64,000 nt of DNA, from contig LVLI01000165.1 of the NCBI GenBank assembly GCA_001687465.1, positions 1-64,000 of the forward strand, read 5' to 3'. Every line of letters starts with the position of its first letter. Position 1 is the stretch's first letter. The DNA is from Halocafeteria seosinensis. Lineage: Eukaryota. The notes under the pieces were generated by a model. The model searched no databases and had not been told where the DNA came from. It worked only from the letters and a program-made list of their open reading frames with translations. A program made the translations under genes and the position numbers. Positions 35,727-47,800 of the stretch are shown piece after piece.

Positions 35727-38087
35727 TTAGCCGCTGGTATTTACCATTAATAGCAGCTGTTGAACCTGTTGCTCTAATTGACCAATTCTCGTCTGATCAC
35801 GGTATCTCTGGGCATCTTTATAAACATTCGATTGATACCGGGAACCCTCGATGAACTTGTCGTACTGTTCCGCAAGATCGAGTGCTTCATCAGACAAGGA
35901 CAATGTTCGAATTCCATTTCTATAATGGAAAATCCAATGTAGGAGACGAAGTTTCTGCATGGTGTTATGATTGGCGATTTTCTGGAAAGATTCAGCAAAA
36001 CGACTGCACAGTTCGGATCGACCAAGTGGCCCCTTAGCGGCTTTCTGTACCTGTTCGAGCTCTGTAACAAATTGCTCAATGTCGGTAAGGGCTTGGGGCA
36101 TCTGGCTGGAAACAGATCTGAGCTCTTGACACTGTCGATGTCGCCGTTCTTCCGTAGCAGCGGGCTGAAACAGGAGCTTAAAAAGAAAGGGGCGCCGGTG
36201 GTTATTAAACTCCTCGTAATCGAAAGTTCCTTGGCTGACTGCCCGTGAGAGAGAGCATACGTTTTCAACAAACTCCGGGTTTTCTCCTAACACAACGAGC
36301 TTGAAGAAACCGTCCACAAACTCTCGATGACAATTAGAGTATGCTACACCCTCGGGGTAAACTTCAGCACACAATGGGTGCGGAACCCTCATGTTCGCTC
36401 CCCGATTAAATAGCTGGATGGCACTGGGCAAATCCCCACTTCGAGCAGCGATATGGACAAGTTGCTCACCACTCTCTGTGCGAGCATTAGCTGAGATTCC
36501 TAGGTTAATCAGCCTTTCAATGGCTTCCTTTTCTTTTTCCGTGCAGTCGTGATCATCCTCTATAGACATCTCGCTCAGTAAATAGTCACTCAAAGGAAAG
36601 GGAGATATTTCTCCACGGCTGACAATGCTCTCGAGCTCCTCCGCAACCTGTTCTCGTGCATCATCCCAGGAGTCGGGCCACTTAGTCGGTGAAAATGCTT
36701 TGACTAAACAGTAGAAGCGACGGAGTCGGCCCTCGTGAAGCTTGGCTTCCAGCTGGTCCCGCTCTGCGACTAACTCTTCTTTTTGATTCAGGTAGTCCTC
36801 CATCAGACTTACTCCTTGTCCTTTGCGTTTACTGTCCAAAAACCTGTCGTAATCTTTTTGGCATTTCTTCACCAGCTCCGGGATTTCACCTTCACTGTCA
36901 CAGTGTCTTTCAAATGGCTTTATCACTTCTTGAAACTTCTCCTCAAGTCTTCCACAGAGTCCCTGCACATACTGCGCGATTTCTTCGGCGCCTTGATGCA
37001 CTTCCACCCCGTGGTTTTCATAATAGCATGTAATCATTCCTTGGCGATCTTTCCCTCCAATTTTCTCCAGTATCATTATTTCCATTTCGCGAAAAATGTG
37101 GAACTGGCAGTTGTAGAAGGCATGTTTAAAACTACAAAACTCTAAAGGATCACCAGGAAACTTCAGAGGTGCCACACGCGCGAAACCTTCTATGCGTCTA
37201 ATCCCTTGTGACATAACCTCCGCAGCAACATCAAGGTCTCTCCGTTGTGAGCGATCGGCATTTTCCTTCATGGCTCGCAGGTTTGCCTTCCATTCATTGA
37301 GCTGTCGCACTGCTTCTTCGCAAGCTGTTTGCTGCCCTGGGTGGGTAGTTTCGCTTCCAATCCAGCCGCACACTCTTTCGAAGAACTCTTTGACTTTCTG
37401 TATCGTGCTTCCTCGACAATGAAGCGTTTGGCGCAGCTGCTCGGAGGTCATGTAGTCTTCGCTAGACAAGTCACTAGATCCATAGAAGATTGTCTCACCA
37501 CTCGACTCTCCATTCTCTTCAGCTTCCTCGGCCAATTCGATGACAATTTCTGGGATGATTTGAGTGAGTTGGCGTAACTGTGGTTGCAATTCACCCACTG
37601 AGTATGCATCCCGCATTCTCTTATATTTGAGGGGTTTATTCCAATGCTTCGCCAACGTGTAGCGCTCCTCAAAATATTTTTCTAGAGCATGTAGGAAGAA
37701 AATTTGTTCTTGCTTCTCAGTAATTAATGGTCTCGTATGAAAATGCAACCACCTGTGGAGCATTGGATTATACAAGATATCTTGCAACACCCCCGTTGTA
37801 GCAGTCTCGATGGCAGAAGCTGCATGTCTCACGAGGGTCTGTTTCAGCTCCTTGAGTTTCCGACATGACGCTTCATCATCATCACTATCCTGGGACTCGT
37901 TTGTCCTATGAAAGCATTCTGGATCTTCTTGGCACTCTGTCACAGCGGGTTCGGCAAACTCGAGAGGAAGACTATTGAGAATAGTCGAGCTGCATCTGGT
38001 AGAACGAGAAGAAGGGTGAGTTGTGTTCGCAGCCGAGAGAGATACACTATGAACAGCGTTCATCCTTGAACGGCTTGATTGCAACAT
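35727..38087 (-). CDS. Helical/coiled-coil protein with ankyrin repeats, long uninterrupted ORF (~786 aa)
   Basis: First ATG at 38087. Ankyrin-like AIERLINLGISANARTESGEQLVHIAARSGDLPSAIQLFNRGAN and E/K/Q-rich heptads. A possible donor near 35743 means the 3' end may extend through an intron. Confidence 0.7.
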   Translation of the reverse strand: MLQSSRSRMNAVHSVSLSAANTTHPSSRSTRCSSTILNSLPLEFAEPAVTECQEDPECFHRTNESQDSDDDEASCRKLKELKQTLVRHAASAIETATTGVLQDILYNPMLHRWLHFHTRPLITEKQEQIFFLHALEKYFEERYTLAKHWNKPLKYKRMRDAYSVGELQPQLRQLTQIIPEIVIELAEEAEENGESSGETIFYGSSDLSSEDYMTSEQLRQTLHCRGSTIQKVKEFFERVCGWIGSETTHPGQQTACEEAVRQLNEWKANLRAMKENADRSQRRDLDVAAEVMSQGIRRIEGFARVAPLKFPGDPLEFCSFKHAFYNCQFHIFREMEIMILEKIGGKDRQGMITCYYENHGVEVHQGAEEIAQYVQGLCGRLEEKFQEVIKPFERHCDSEGEIPELVKKCQKDYDRFLDSKRKGQGVSLMEDYLNQKEELVAERDQLEAKLHEGRLRRFYCLVKAFSPTKWPDSWDDAREQVAEELESIVSRGEISPFPLSDYLLSEMSIEDDHDCTEKEKEAIERLINLGISANARTESGEQLVHIAARSGDLPSAIQLFNRGANMRVPHPLCAEVYPEGVAYSNCHREFVDGFFKLVVLGENPEFVENVCSLSRAVSQGTFDYEEFNNHRRPFLFKLLFQPAATEERRHRQCQELRSVSSQMPQALTDIEQFVTELEQVQKAAKGPLGRSELCSRFAESFQKIANHNTMQKLRLLHWIFHYRNGIRTLSLSDEALDLAEQYDKFIEGSRYQSNVYKDAQRYRDQTRIGQLEQQVQQLLLMVNTSG

Positions 38088-38919
38088 TTTTAAATGTGCG
38101 GAGCTCAGTTTTCGGATGCGACTTGAAACTCTCACGTGAAGAATCGACTCCCTCACACAGTTCCGCTCTTGAAGTGTTCGAGGGTATCTTAGACTTCCCA
38201 ACAACTTATAGGGCAGAAGCTACAATATTGATACAATGTATTAGCTATTAACCTTGAATAATGTATACCAATGGATTGCGAGTGGAATAACTTTTCCTTG
38301 ATGTTTTTCGGAGTACAATCGTCGTCTCGTGTGACAAACCGGAAATATCAAGCATATGTGGGTACTTGTGAGTCGGACATGAGTGATATTCTGTGAATGT
38401 GAAAGATATATGCTTTGTGAAGCCTCTAGTAGGCCCTCTACGGGAGGCTCTACTTTGCAAGTCGCAAGCATCAACAGTTACTGACCCTCTCTTTACCCTC
38501 CTGCATCGAGGGACACGGAAGCAGGCTCGCACCCGTTGTCGCAGGACTCCGCACGAACCGTGCACCCCACACCGGTGAATTTAGGATATATGGAAAGCAT
38601 TTTTAAATGGTAGCTAGTCGCTATACGGAGAGTTGGTAATTTATTTGCAATAGTCCAGACAACGTCTGACGAACGTACTATAGTCCACGCTATCGACTGC
38701 AGTTGATCCGGATGACGTTCGTTCGACGCTTCTTCCCCATCCATATGGATGTATACAGTTTCATAATGATCACTAGTTTCTGCTTCTATTTTCCACAGCT
38801 TAAGAGGATATAATAGAGATTTCAACCCTTGCAGAGTTCAGACTCAGCTGCAGCTGAGCTGTGAATTTTTAATACTTGATTCCACCGTGTTAAGGCAGAC
38901 GGTCTGCCAGACCAGAGAA

Positions 38920-39606
38920 CTACAGCTCTCCACACTCTGTAATCTCACAAACATGTTTTGGTTTGTTTGTTCGCGGGTCCACGGATACGTTTTCTATCTT
39001 ATGAACCTGCACAGAAGAGGAGTTGGATTGCCGCAGTCATTACCTCACACGTGAAGAACGACATACCACTAGCATACTGTCGTAATCTAACACTTTGCCA
39101 AAGACTACATGTTTCCCGTCTAGCCAATCGCATTTCGACGTTGTGATAAAGAACTGACATCCGTTAGTATTGGGACCACTATTTGCCATAGATAATAACC
39201 CCGGTATATCATGTTGGAGTTGCAAATTCTCATCCTCAAAACTTTCCCCGTAAATGCTCATTTTGCCGGTTCCATCACCACGCACGAAATCGCCTCCCTG
39301 TATCATGAAATCCTTAATGACGCGATGAAACGTGGACCCTTTGTATCCCAGTGGAAGTCCGTTTCTCCGGTACTCTCCTGTGCAGAATTGGCGAAAATTG
39401 GCGGTGGTCTGCGGCAGCCCTCCACAACCAGCGTGAACACCCAATACCACTCAAAACTCAACCCCTGGATAACGTACTTTAGGGCATACATCATCGAATA
39501 GCTCCATTTTAATGCGCCCGATGGAATGGCCTCCTAAAGAGACATCAAAAAATACGACTGTGCGTCCCCGACGCACAGCCTCTAGCACTTTGGAATCCTG
39601 TTGCAT
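38920..39606 (-). CDS. PPIH: Cyclophilin-type PPIase H (U4/U6 snRNP SnuCyp-20-like)
   Basis: [72 protein letters not shown] and ...ITECGEL*. Introns at 39409-39477 and 39007-39066. Confidence 0.92.
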
Positions 39607-39622
39607 GGCTGCTCTATATCTC

Positions 39623-39645
39623 TGTGTGTGTGTGTGTGTGTGTGT
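39623..39645. repeat. (TG)11 microsatellite
   Basis: Read directly from the sequence. Confidence 0.95.
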
Positions 39646-39757
39646 ATATGACTCTTAATAACTTCCCCCCTCCCCGGTACGACTAGACGCCTTTATTATC
39701 AACACTACTACTGCCACAACCAATCCAGAAGTTTTTTTCATTTATTCATTTATTGTT

Positions 39758-39779
39758 TGTGTGTGTGTGTGTGTGTGTG
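39758..39779. repeat. (TG)11 microsatellite
   Basis: Read directly from the sequence. Confidence 0.95.
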
Positions 39780-39846
39780 GACAGCAACAAGAAGGAACGC
39801 CCGCCTGGAGTTGGTTTGTTAAACTCTGATGCTTTTCCTATAGATA

Positions 39847-42170
39847 ATGGACTATAAAGCACTTACAGACCCTTTGCGGTCCTTGGTATCGGGTATGTGC
39901 TAAGCTGTATAATTACCTTGTGTACGTATACCGAAGCTCCTTGTCGCAGGCGGCCGAAATCGGATGAAAGATGGCTCCTACAACTTGGACTTGACATACA
40001 TCACCCCACGGTAAGGAACCTCCCCATGCCAGATACATTCATGGGCAGTGTAATTGGTTGGCTCTCACACTAATATATCCGTTATGCGTGAATTCCAGCG
40101 TAATTGCGATGGGGTACCCCTCCAGCGGCATCGAGAGCGTTTACCGCAACCGTATTGATCAAGTAGCGTCTTTCCTCCAGGAGCGTCATGGGGACCACTT
40201 CAAGGTGTATAATCTAACAGGGCGCCCTTATGACTATGAGAAGTTTGGAGGTCGTGTCGTTGAACGAGGATGGCCTGTAAGTTGGCGCTACCTTCGCCTG
40301 GTCGATTCTTCAAGCCCAGTCTCACAACTGTTGGCTGCTTGTTTGCTGGAGACAGGACCATGAATCCCCGCCGCTGTACTTGCTATGGTCTGCTTGCTAT
40401 TCCATTCTGGAATGGCTTATTGACGATCCGGAAAATGTCGTAGTGGTTCACTGTCGTGCGGGCAAAGGCCGTACGGGAGTTGTCGTTTCGGCTTTGCTGG
40501 TAATGACAGGGTATACGTTCCTACCCGAAAAATTGGCTCAGACAATGGTACGGTCGCGATCGGCTTCTGGAGATACTATTAAACTGCGCCTTCACCGGGA
40601 CATTACCACCCATGACCTGAAGGATGCTACTGATGCAGCCAAGATCGCTTTGCAAACGTTTCGCCATCGACGTGGTGAAGGGGTAGAACAACCGAGTCAG
40701 AAGAGAATCGTACTCCACGTAGCTAGAATTGTCCAAGAATGGATCCTTCGATCCATTGAGCGAACGACGTCCCCACATCTTATCGATGACGATAAATTTA
40801 CTGAGGCGATGGAGCGTACACCAAACTATATCCGTGAATACTCTTCGGACAGCAAGGAAAGACTTCTAGAAGTACCAAAGAGATATTGCCTTCACAAGAC
40901 AATCAGCGAAACATTTCTTTCTCGGCACTTGCAAAGTTTATGGGCGCAGCGAGCAGTTCCGGTGCGACCAAGGCCTCCTATCAAGTTGCATGCTATGGTG
41001 CTAAACACTGTGCCAAATCTGCCTCACCAAGAGTTTCGACCTTATCTGCAAATTCAATCCGTGGGGACCCAGTTCGACGATGCCAAAACACATTTCAATA
41101 CTGCTTGGGGTTTGAGCGACTATGAGGCTATTCCCGCGTCCGTAACGAAGGGCAAAACACGAGTACCTGGCCGCCGAAGCTCGGGCTATGGCCACGTAAA
41201 AGCCTACGATGCCTCAGAGACTCCCATACTACTGAAAATCGAAGCTCCCCAAAATTTGGAACTGAGCGACGACGTCATAATCAGGTGTATGAATCTCACT
41301 GGAGACATTGAACTCTTCCGATATGTATTTCACACAGCGTTTCTTACATTCGAGACCACACCCGGCGTTGTCAGATTGTCTAAGTGGCAACTGGATATCA
41401 AGAATCGTTCGTTGAATCACAAGCGGTTACCGGATGATTTTCAGGTTGATTTAATGTACGACAGTGAAGATGTACGTCGTGCGGACCGAATCCCTGACCG
41501 ATTAAGAGACGTACACTGTTCTGCATCAGGTTTTGGTGTGGGTCCAACAGTCCATGGGAAAGAGGAGGCGAATATTGTTGACTCCATTGTAGAGAATAGT
41601 GAGATTTCAGGGTTTTCGACGCCGGTGGACCCGATGTTCGAGCAGTTTTCCTCAGACTCTGAGAGTGATGCGGAGGAAGAGAGTGAATATGTTCATTTAG
41701 GGCACCGTCCAGCCAGTGCTGAAGGTTCATCCATCGGTGCTTCTTCCAAACAGCACCGCACTAGACGAACGAGCGATCCGACAGCCTCAACAAAGGATCG
41801 AGCTCAAACGTTACCCACTGCTGACTCTACAAAATGGGAGAAAACGAACGTGACTGTCATGGGGTGGCTTAATAAACAAGGAAGTCTTCGAAAAAACTGG
41901 AAAAAGAGGTGGTTTGTCTTGCGACGAAATGTCCTTTCGTATTACAATGATGAGAAGACGGGAAGTTTTATCGCGGCGATTCCACTGAAGGAGTGCTCTG
42001 AGGTCCGGAAAGTACCTGTCGCTGATACAGACGGATACGAAAATATCTTCACACTGGGCCATAAGTCTAGAGTGTATATATTTCAGGCTCCAGATGCCGT
42101 AGAACTTGAACGTTGGATCACTGCATTGTCTGCGTCTTGCTCACAAGCAAAGCATTCGTCGGCCTGCTGA
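39847..42170 (+). CDS. PTEN-family phosphoinositide phosphatase with C2 domain and C-terminal PH domain
   Basis: LRSLVS|GGRNRMKDGSYNLDLTYITP|RVIAMGYP, VYRN, WP|DH and P-loop HCRAGKGRTG, with EQPSQKR. The C2 domain reads LSDDVII...LFRYVFHTAF...LD. The PH domain reads MGWLNKQGSLRKNWKKRWFVL...LERWITAL. Introns at 39893-39949, 40011-40098 and 40277-40355. Confidence 0.9.
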
Positions 42171-42550
42171 ACGATATCTCCTATCTGTCTTTTTACTTTG
42201 ATCACAGTGGATGACGTGAACAGGTTTGCATATCTGAAATCCATCTGAGGAACTTCCGCGCTACACTGATGGTGCCCCAATAAATTGCCTACCAGGCGTC
42301 TTTGTCACTGGGTTTCACTAAGGTATTACCAATGTGTACCTATATTCTTTTCCGCTTCGATTCGGTCGTTCAATTTCTTGTCAAGTACCAACCGGGCAAT
42401 CTTTTCGTCAGGTGTGTCAGTTCCTTGTGTCTTAGGCGGGAATATTTCATGCCTTTCTGTTTTGTTGTGAGTATCTTCATGAGTAATTGCTTTGAGAATC
42501 GATAGCGCAAGATCTCTCGTTGGAACTGGTAGCTAAGGCAACTGGAAGCC

Positions 42551-44728
42551 ATGCCAATCGACATAAACTTCCTCCGTGAAGACCGTGGAGGCGATCCGGA
42601 AAAATGGCGTCAATATCAGCGTAAACGCTTTAATGATCCCACTTTGGTTGACACCGTGTTGGAACTTGATAATGTACGTGCGTACTGTGTAAAGTGTGGC
42701 TTGATTGAAAGTGTATGGAGCTTGTATGCAGCAATGGAGAACCGTCCAAAGTCAAATCAATTTGGCTCGAAAAGATGTCAGTCAAGCTGGAAAAGCTGTA
42801 AGATATGCGAACCTTCCGTGTTCGAGTAACTTTATCTTACACTCCCTCGTCGACGTGAGCTGCAGGTGGCGGCGAAAAAGAAAGCGAAAGAGGATGCCAC
42901 AGAAGAAATTGAGCGTATGAAGGAACTGAAAGAAAAGATTCCCCCCTTGGAAACCCAATTGAAGGAATTGGAAGAGAAGCGGACACAGGAATTGAACAAA
43001 ATTGCCAACGAAGTACATCCATCCGTTCCGGAAAGCAATGACGAAAAGGACAACGTGAAAGTCAGAAGTTGGGGGGACTGTGTCAAACCAGAAGGAATAG
43101 AGGAACCACTACATCATCACGAACTCTTATGGATGATTGGCGGGTAGGTTACTAGGCAATCGCTAACATCTAAGCGCGATTATTAACAGATAGTATCACT
43201 GTTTAACAATTGCAGATATGAGCCGGAGAGAGGGGTCAATACTGCCGGGCACCGAGCATATTTCCTAACTGGTCCAGGACTGACTCTCAACCTGGGCTTG
43301 ATTCAATACGGACTTCAGTTACTAGAAAAGAAAGGATACATGCCTGTGCAGCCACCGTACTTTATGAATAAAGAAGTCATGTCTGGTGTTGCCCAATTGG
43401 ATGATTTCGACGAACAATTATATAAGGTAGGTGGCCTAGACGATTCGGTAGCGGCGCCTAGATAACACTTCTGACGAGATCGTGAGTGTTCGCAATACAG
43501 GTTTCTGGTGAAAAAGGTGATGATAAATATATGATTGCTACCTCTGAGCAACCGGTATGTAGCTTTCACCAGAATGAATGGCTGCAACCGAAAGATCTGC
43601 CAAGGCGATACGCTGGGTTCTCAACGTGTTTCCGTAAAGAAGCCGGGGCGCATGGGAAGGATACGTGGGGTATTTTTAGGGTGCACCAGTTTGAAAAGGT
43701 TGAGCAATTCGTGCTTTGCGAGCCTGAAAACAGCGATCAAGCTCAAGACGACATGATGAAAACTGCTGAAGAATACTACCAGGTATGCCCTTCATTTCTT
43801 CGTGTGGCTTACCAATTTGTTCATCACGCTCCGCTTTCCCCTACAGAGCCTGAAATTACCGTATCATATAGTGAATATTGTCTCGGGGGAACTAAATAAT
43901 GCCGCAGCGAAAAAGCTAGACCTTGAGGCCTGGTTCCCCGCCCTTGCTGAAATGAGGGAGTTAGTTAGTTGTAGCAATTGCACAGACTACCAGTCCCGAG
44001 GAATGAACGTACGCCTTGGGCCGAAGAAAGAAGAGCAAGACAAGGCATATGTCCATATGTTAAATTCGACCTTGTGTGCGACAACTCGAACTATTTGTTG
44101 CATTCTAGAGAACTACCAGACCCCCGAAGGGGTTCGGGTGCCAGACGTTTTGGTCCCTTTTTGTGGAGGAAAGACATTTTTTCCATTTGTACGCTCTAGG
44201 CCGCGAAACCTGAACAAAGAGAAAATGGAGCGTGCGGCCGCTAAGAAGTCTGGTGGCGTACAAGCAACCAAAGACAGCAATGCTGCCCAAACTAAGAGTA
44301 AGGAGCCGAGCACCCAGCCGAAGAAACAAATGGCTGCCGTTAGCGGCGCCAAAGATAAACCCGCCCAGACCAGTGCTAGTAGTCAAAAGGCTCCTGTAGT
44401 TTCTGGGCATTCGCTGCCAGCAAGTGTGAAGGCTTCCCTCTCGACTGAAGCCGGCTGGAGTGCTTTGAATTCTTCTTTAAGCACGCAAAGTTACGTCGCT
44501 GGATATGAGCCTTCTGCTGAAGATACTGCTGTTTTTAGGCTTGTACAGAAGAACCTAGCTGCCGTTGGTAAAGACAAGCCCGATTTTTCGAAATATCCAC
44601 ATGTGTGCAGATGGTATAAGCATATGCAGAGCTTCGTAGACAGTGAACTCAATAACTTCCCGCTTACCCAGAAGCAAATTCTGAATGGCGGACGTAACGC
44701 CAGGGAATCTTCTCTTTTCAAGGAATAA
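42551..44728 (+). CDS. SARS: Cytosolic seryl-tRNA synthetase with an appended C-terminal GST-like (EF1B-type) domain
   Basis: [24 protein letters not shown], motif 2 [38 protein letters not shown] and motif 3 [23 protein letters not shown]. About five short introns. The tail [24 protein letters not shown]...[14 protein letters not shown] follows an A/K/S linker. Confidence 0.95.
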
Positions 44729-44842
44729 GCCCCAAAATACACAACATATGGGTACGTGTGTCACAGACTCGTAGAAAATGGAGCAATTTTTATTTCCTTG
44801 AATGTTATAGATTGAGCGAACTGCTACGACTGCCAGACAGAA

Positions 44843-47800
44843 TTACTTGTTCTTTGATGATTTTTTCTTCTTTTTCTTGGACGAAACGCTAGCCACTTCA
44901 CTCATGTCACTATCGCGATTCTTCTTCTTAGATGGAGTGGAGCGTTTCGCATCTGAAAAAGGCAGTTTCTTCATCAGACTTGTCAGCTCATTTCCCTCAA
45001 CAGTGATGCCAGAGCCGACCTTGGGAGAAGGAACAGCGTGAAATCCGGGATCCACTATTTTGAGCACCAGCTGTGGACGTGTCCGGGCGGCATCTCCACC
45101 TATAGCAACTGTCTCGATCATGATGGCTACCCGAACTCGGTCAAAAACTTGAAGCCGAAGTCGGTCTCCCAGAGTGCCTTCCTTAGATTCTGAAGTCAGA
45201 GTTTGGGATTCACTGTCAAAACCCAGCTCATCTTCACTGGAAAGGGCGTAGCAGTGTAGGTGGCGAACGGGACAAGAAACATCTTCGTCGTCACCATTGG
45301 CGGAAGTGGTTTTATCAGCGACGAACTCACGGGGATTGTACTCAGTTGGCACGGGCTCTGTTTTCTCAGTAGAGCGAGGAATCAAGAACACCATTCCTTC
45401 GATCCCGAACCTCGGAACCAGGACAACCACCCCGTTCGCCCTCAGTTTCATTACTACTGCCTCTTCAAGAACAATCTTATTTCGGAAGTAAATATGTGTA
45501 TGCAAGTTAACACTTGCCCGGCCTGCCAATTGAGACATCAAGTGCCTCTTGTTCACGTTGTCACACAATGCTCGCATTCCAGTCTTATCTTCGTACTCCG
45601 TCGGTAGACTCTCTTTGCCAATAGAAGCAGCTAGGAGGCGGTGCACAATAATATCCGGATACCGGCGGATAGGAGATGTAAAGTGAGTATAAATCGGAGT
45701 CGCAAGGCCGTAATGCAGATACTCTGATCGGGAGCGTTCCCCACTCACAAAATAAACAGCCTGTATCGCAGATAACGCAATCATGAGAACATGTATACCA
45801 TAGCGTTGCAGAAATGATGGCTTACCTGCTGCATACACCTTGTCGCCAGGATCCTTAGCAACTTGTTAAAGAATGGATTGTCATCTTTTACAGCCGCATC
45901 AAGTGAGTCCGCAAGTTGCTTGCTTGTATCGACTTTAAGCTCAACTCCAACGGCTTTGGCCGCAGCAAGTAGGCTATCAAAAGCTCTCCTATCTGGAGGA
46001 GGATGACGGCGCAGCAAGGCATATTGCGGGAACGTATCGGTTATTTGTTGTGCAACGCCTATATTGGCAAACAACATGAATTCTTCGACCAGTGCATTTG
46101 TGTCCTTGGTCTCATATGCCTTTACATCCAATGGATCGTGAGTTTCGCTGTCCAGTTCAAACCTAACTTCAGGGGATGATAGGTTAAGAGCTCCCGCATC
46201 AAACCTCCTACCTCTGCAATACTCAGTAGAGCTACGCTGTATGCCTCAGAGTCAATTTGAAGAGTGGGAATAAACACACGTACCTTAACACTTTCGCAAT
46301 CTGATTCAGCGAACGAAGATTATTGGCTAAGTCACTTTCATCAGAGGGATCATCTATAATATTCTGTGCTTGGCTATAGCTCAACGCAGCCCTGCTGTGG
46401 ATTATGCTTCTCGCAAACTTCGTCCGTACAACACTAACATCAGGGGCGGGAGTTACTTCCCACACAGCACTGAAAGCAAAGCGATCTTTGTTCGGAACAA
46501 GACTGCATAGGCTGGTGGTTAGCAAACCCGGTAACATATCGAGTCTTTTCTCTACCAAATACGTTGTGTTTCCTCTGTTTGCAGCTTCCTTATCTATCGC
46601 AGTACCAGGTTTTACAAAATGCGTCACATCAGCGATGTGAACTCCAACCTCAACGTTTCCATTGTCGAGTTTCCTAAAATGAAGGGCATCGTCAATATCT
46701 TTGCATCCGGGAGGATCAATGCTGCACACTTGGAGATGCCGAAAATCTTCCCGATCTTGGCTGTTTTCTGGTGTTATCTCCCAATCAGCTGGAGGAAGAC
46801 AAGCCATAACAGCGGCACTAAATTCTCCTGTAGGAATTTCATGCTCCAAGAGCACGACTTGTGTCTCTACATCTTTCTCTCCAATTTTACCCAGAGTCTT
46901 TACGTAATGCCCTCGAGGATATTTGCTGTAAACGTCCCAACTGTCGATGGCGACCACAATTCGCTTATCAAGCAATTCTTCTCGCTGCCTCGTTTCGATT
47001 CGTATGCGCGGCATTTTAGGATCCACTGGAACAAATAATGCCCACGTAGCGCCACCTACAACATTCCCACCACTCCCTCGAGAACTAGCAGAATCAGGTT
47101 CCAGTGAGCCACAATACTGGCGCCAGTTTCTTTGGATAATCCCGACCACTTTCCCGGTAGGCTGAAGACCCTGTTGGCTTGCTTCCTTCAAGTCTTGTTC
47201 AGAAACCGCTGGCGATGTTGTTTCACTGTCCTCCGTCTTAGTATCATCCTTATTACTTTGATCGTACTCAGCCTCCTCCTTCTCCTCTTCGACTGATGTT
47301 GAGGGAGCCGGTGCCAGTCGGTTGGAGGGCTGTTTCCATTGAGACTTTGGGAGTAACTTAATGGCAACGACGTCCCCATCTGTAGCCCTATTCATATCTG
47401 TGCGACCTTGAATCAGAACAGATACTTGTTCATTATTGGACATGTTGACGTTCACACGAGCTTCGAACCAGCAGTCGCGGTTGTTTCGTAGGGTCCCCTG
47501 ACGATAGTGCCCCTTCTTGATGCCACTCTGAACCGTAGACAATGGTAAATGTTCATCATACCACTTCCTCTTTCCGCCTCCAGCTTTTCCTGCGCGTGCT
47601 GTATTCTGCTGCGTATCTTGTCCTCCGTCATCTGTGGTATTCCCGATGGGCGCCGCGCAATGCTCTAACAATTCCGGGTACGTGCCCTTTTCCTGCTCGG
47701 CCAACTCCTTCATCGTAACAGCTTCTAATCCATCTTGTTTTGCTTTATTAAGATTATCGATATCGTTCGTAACCAGTACAATATGCACACGACTACCTAG

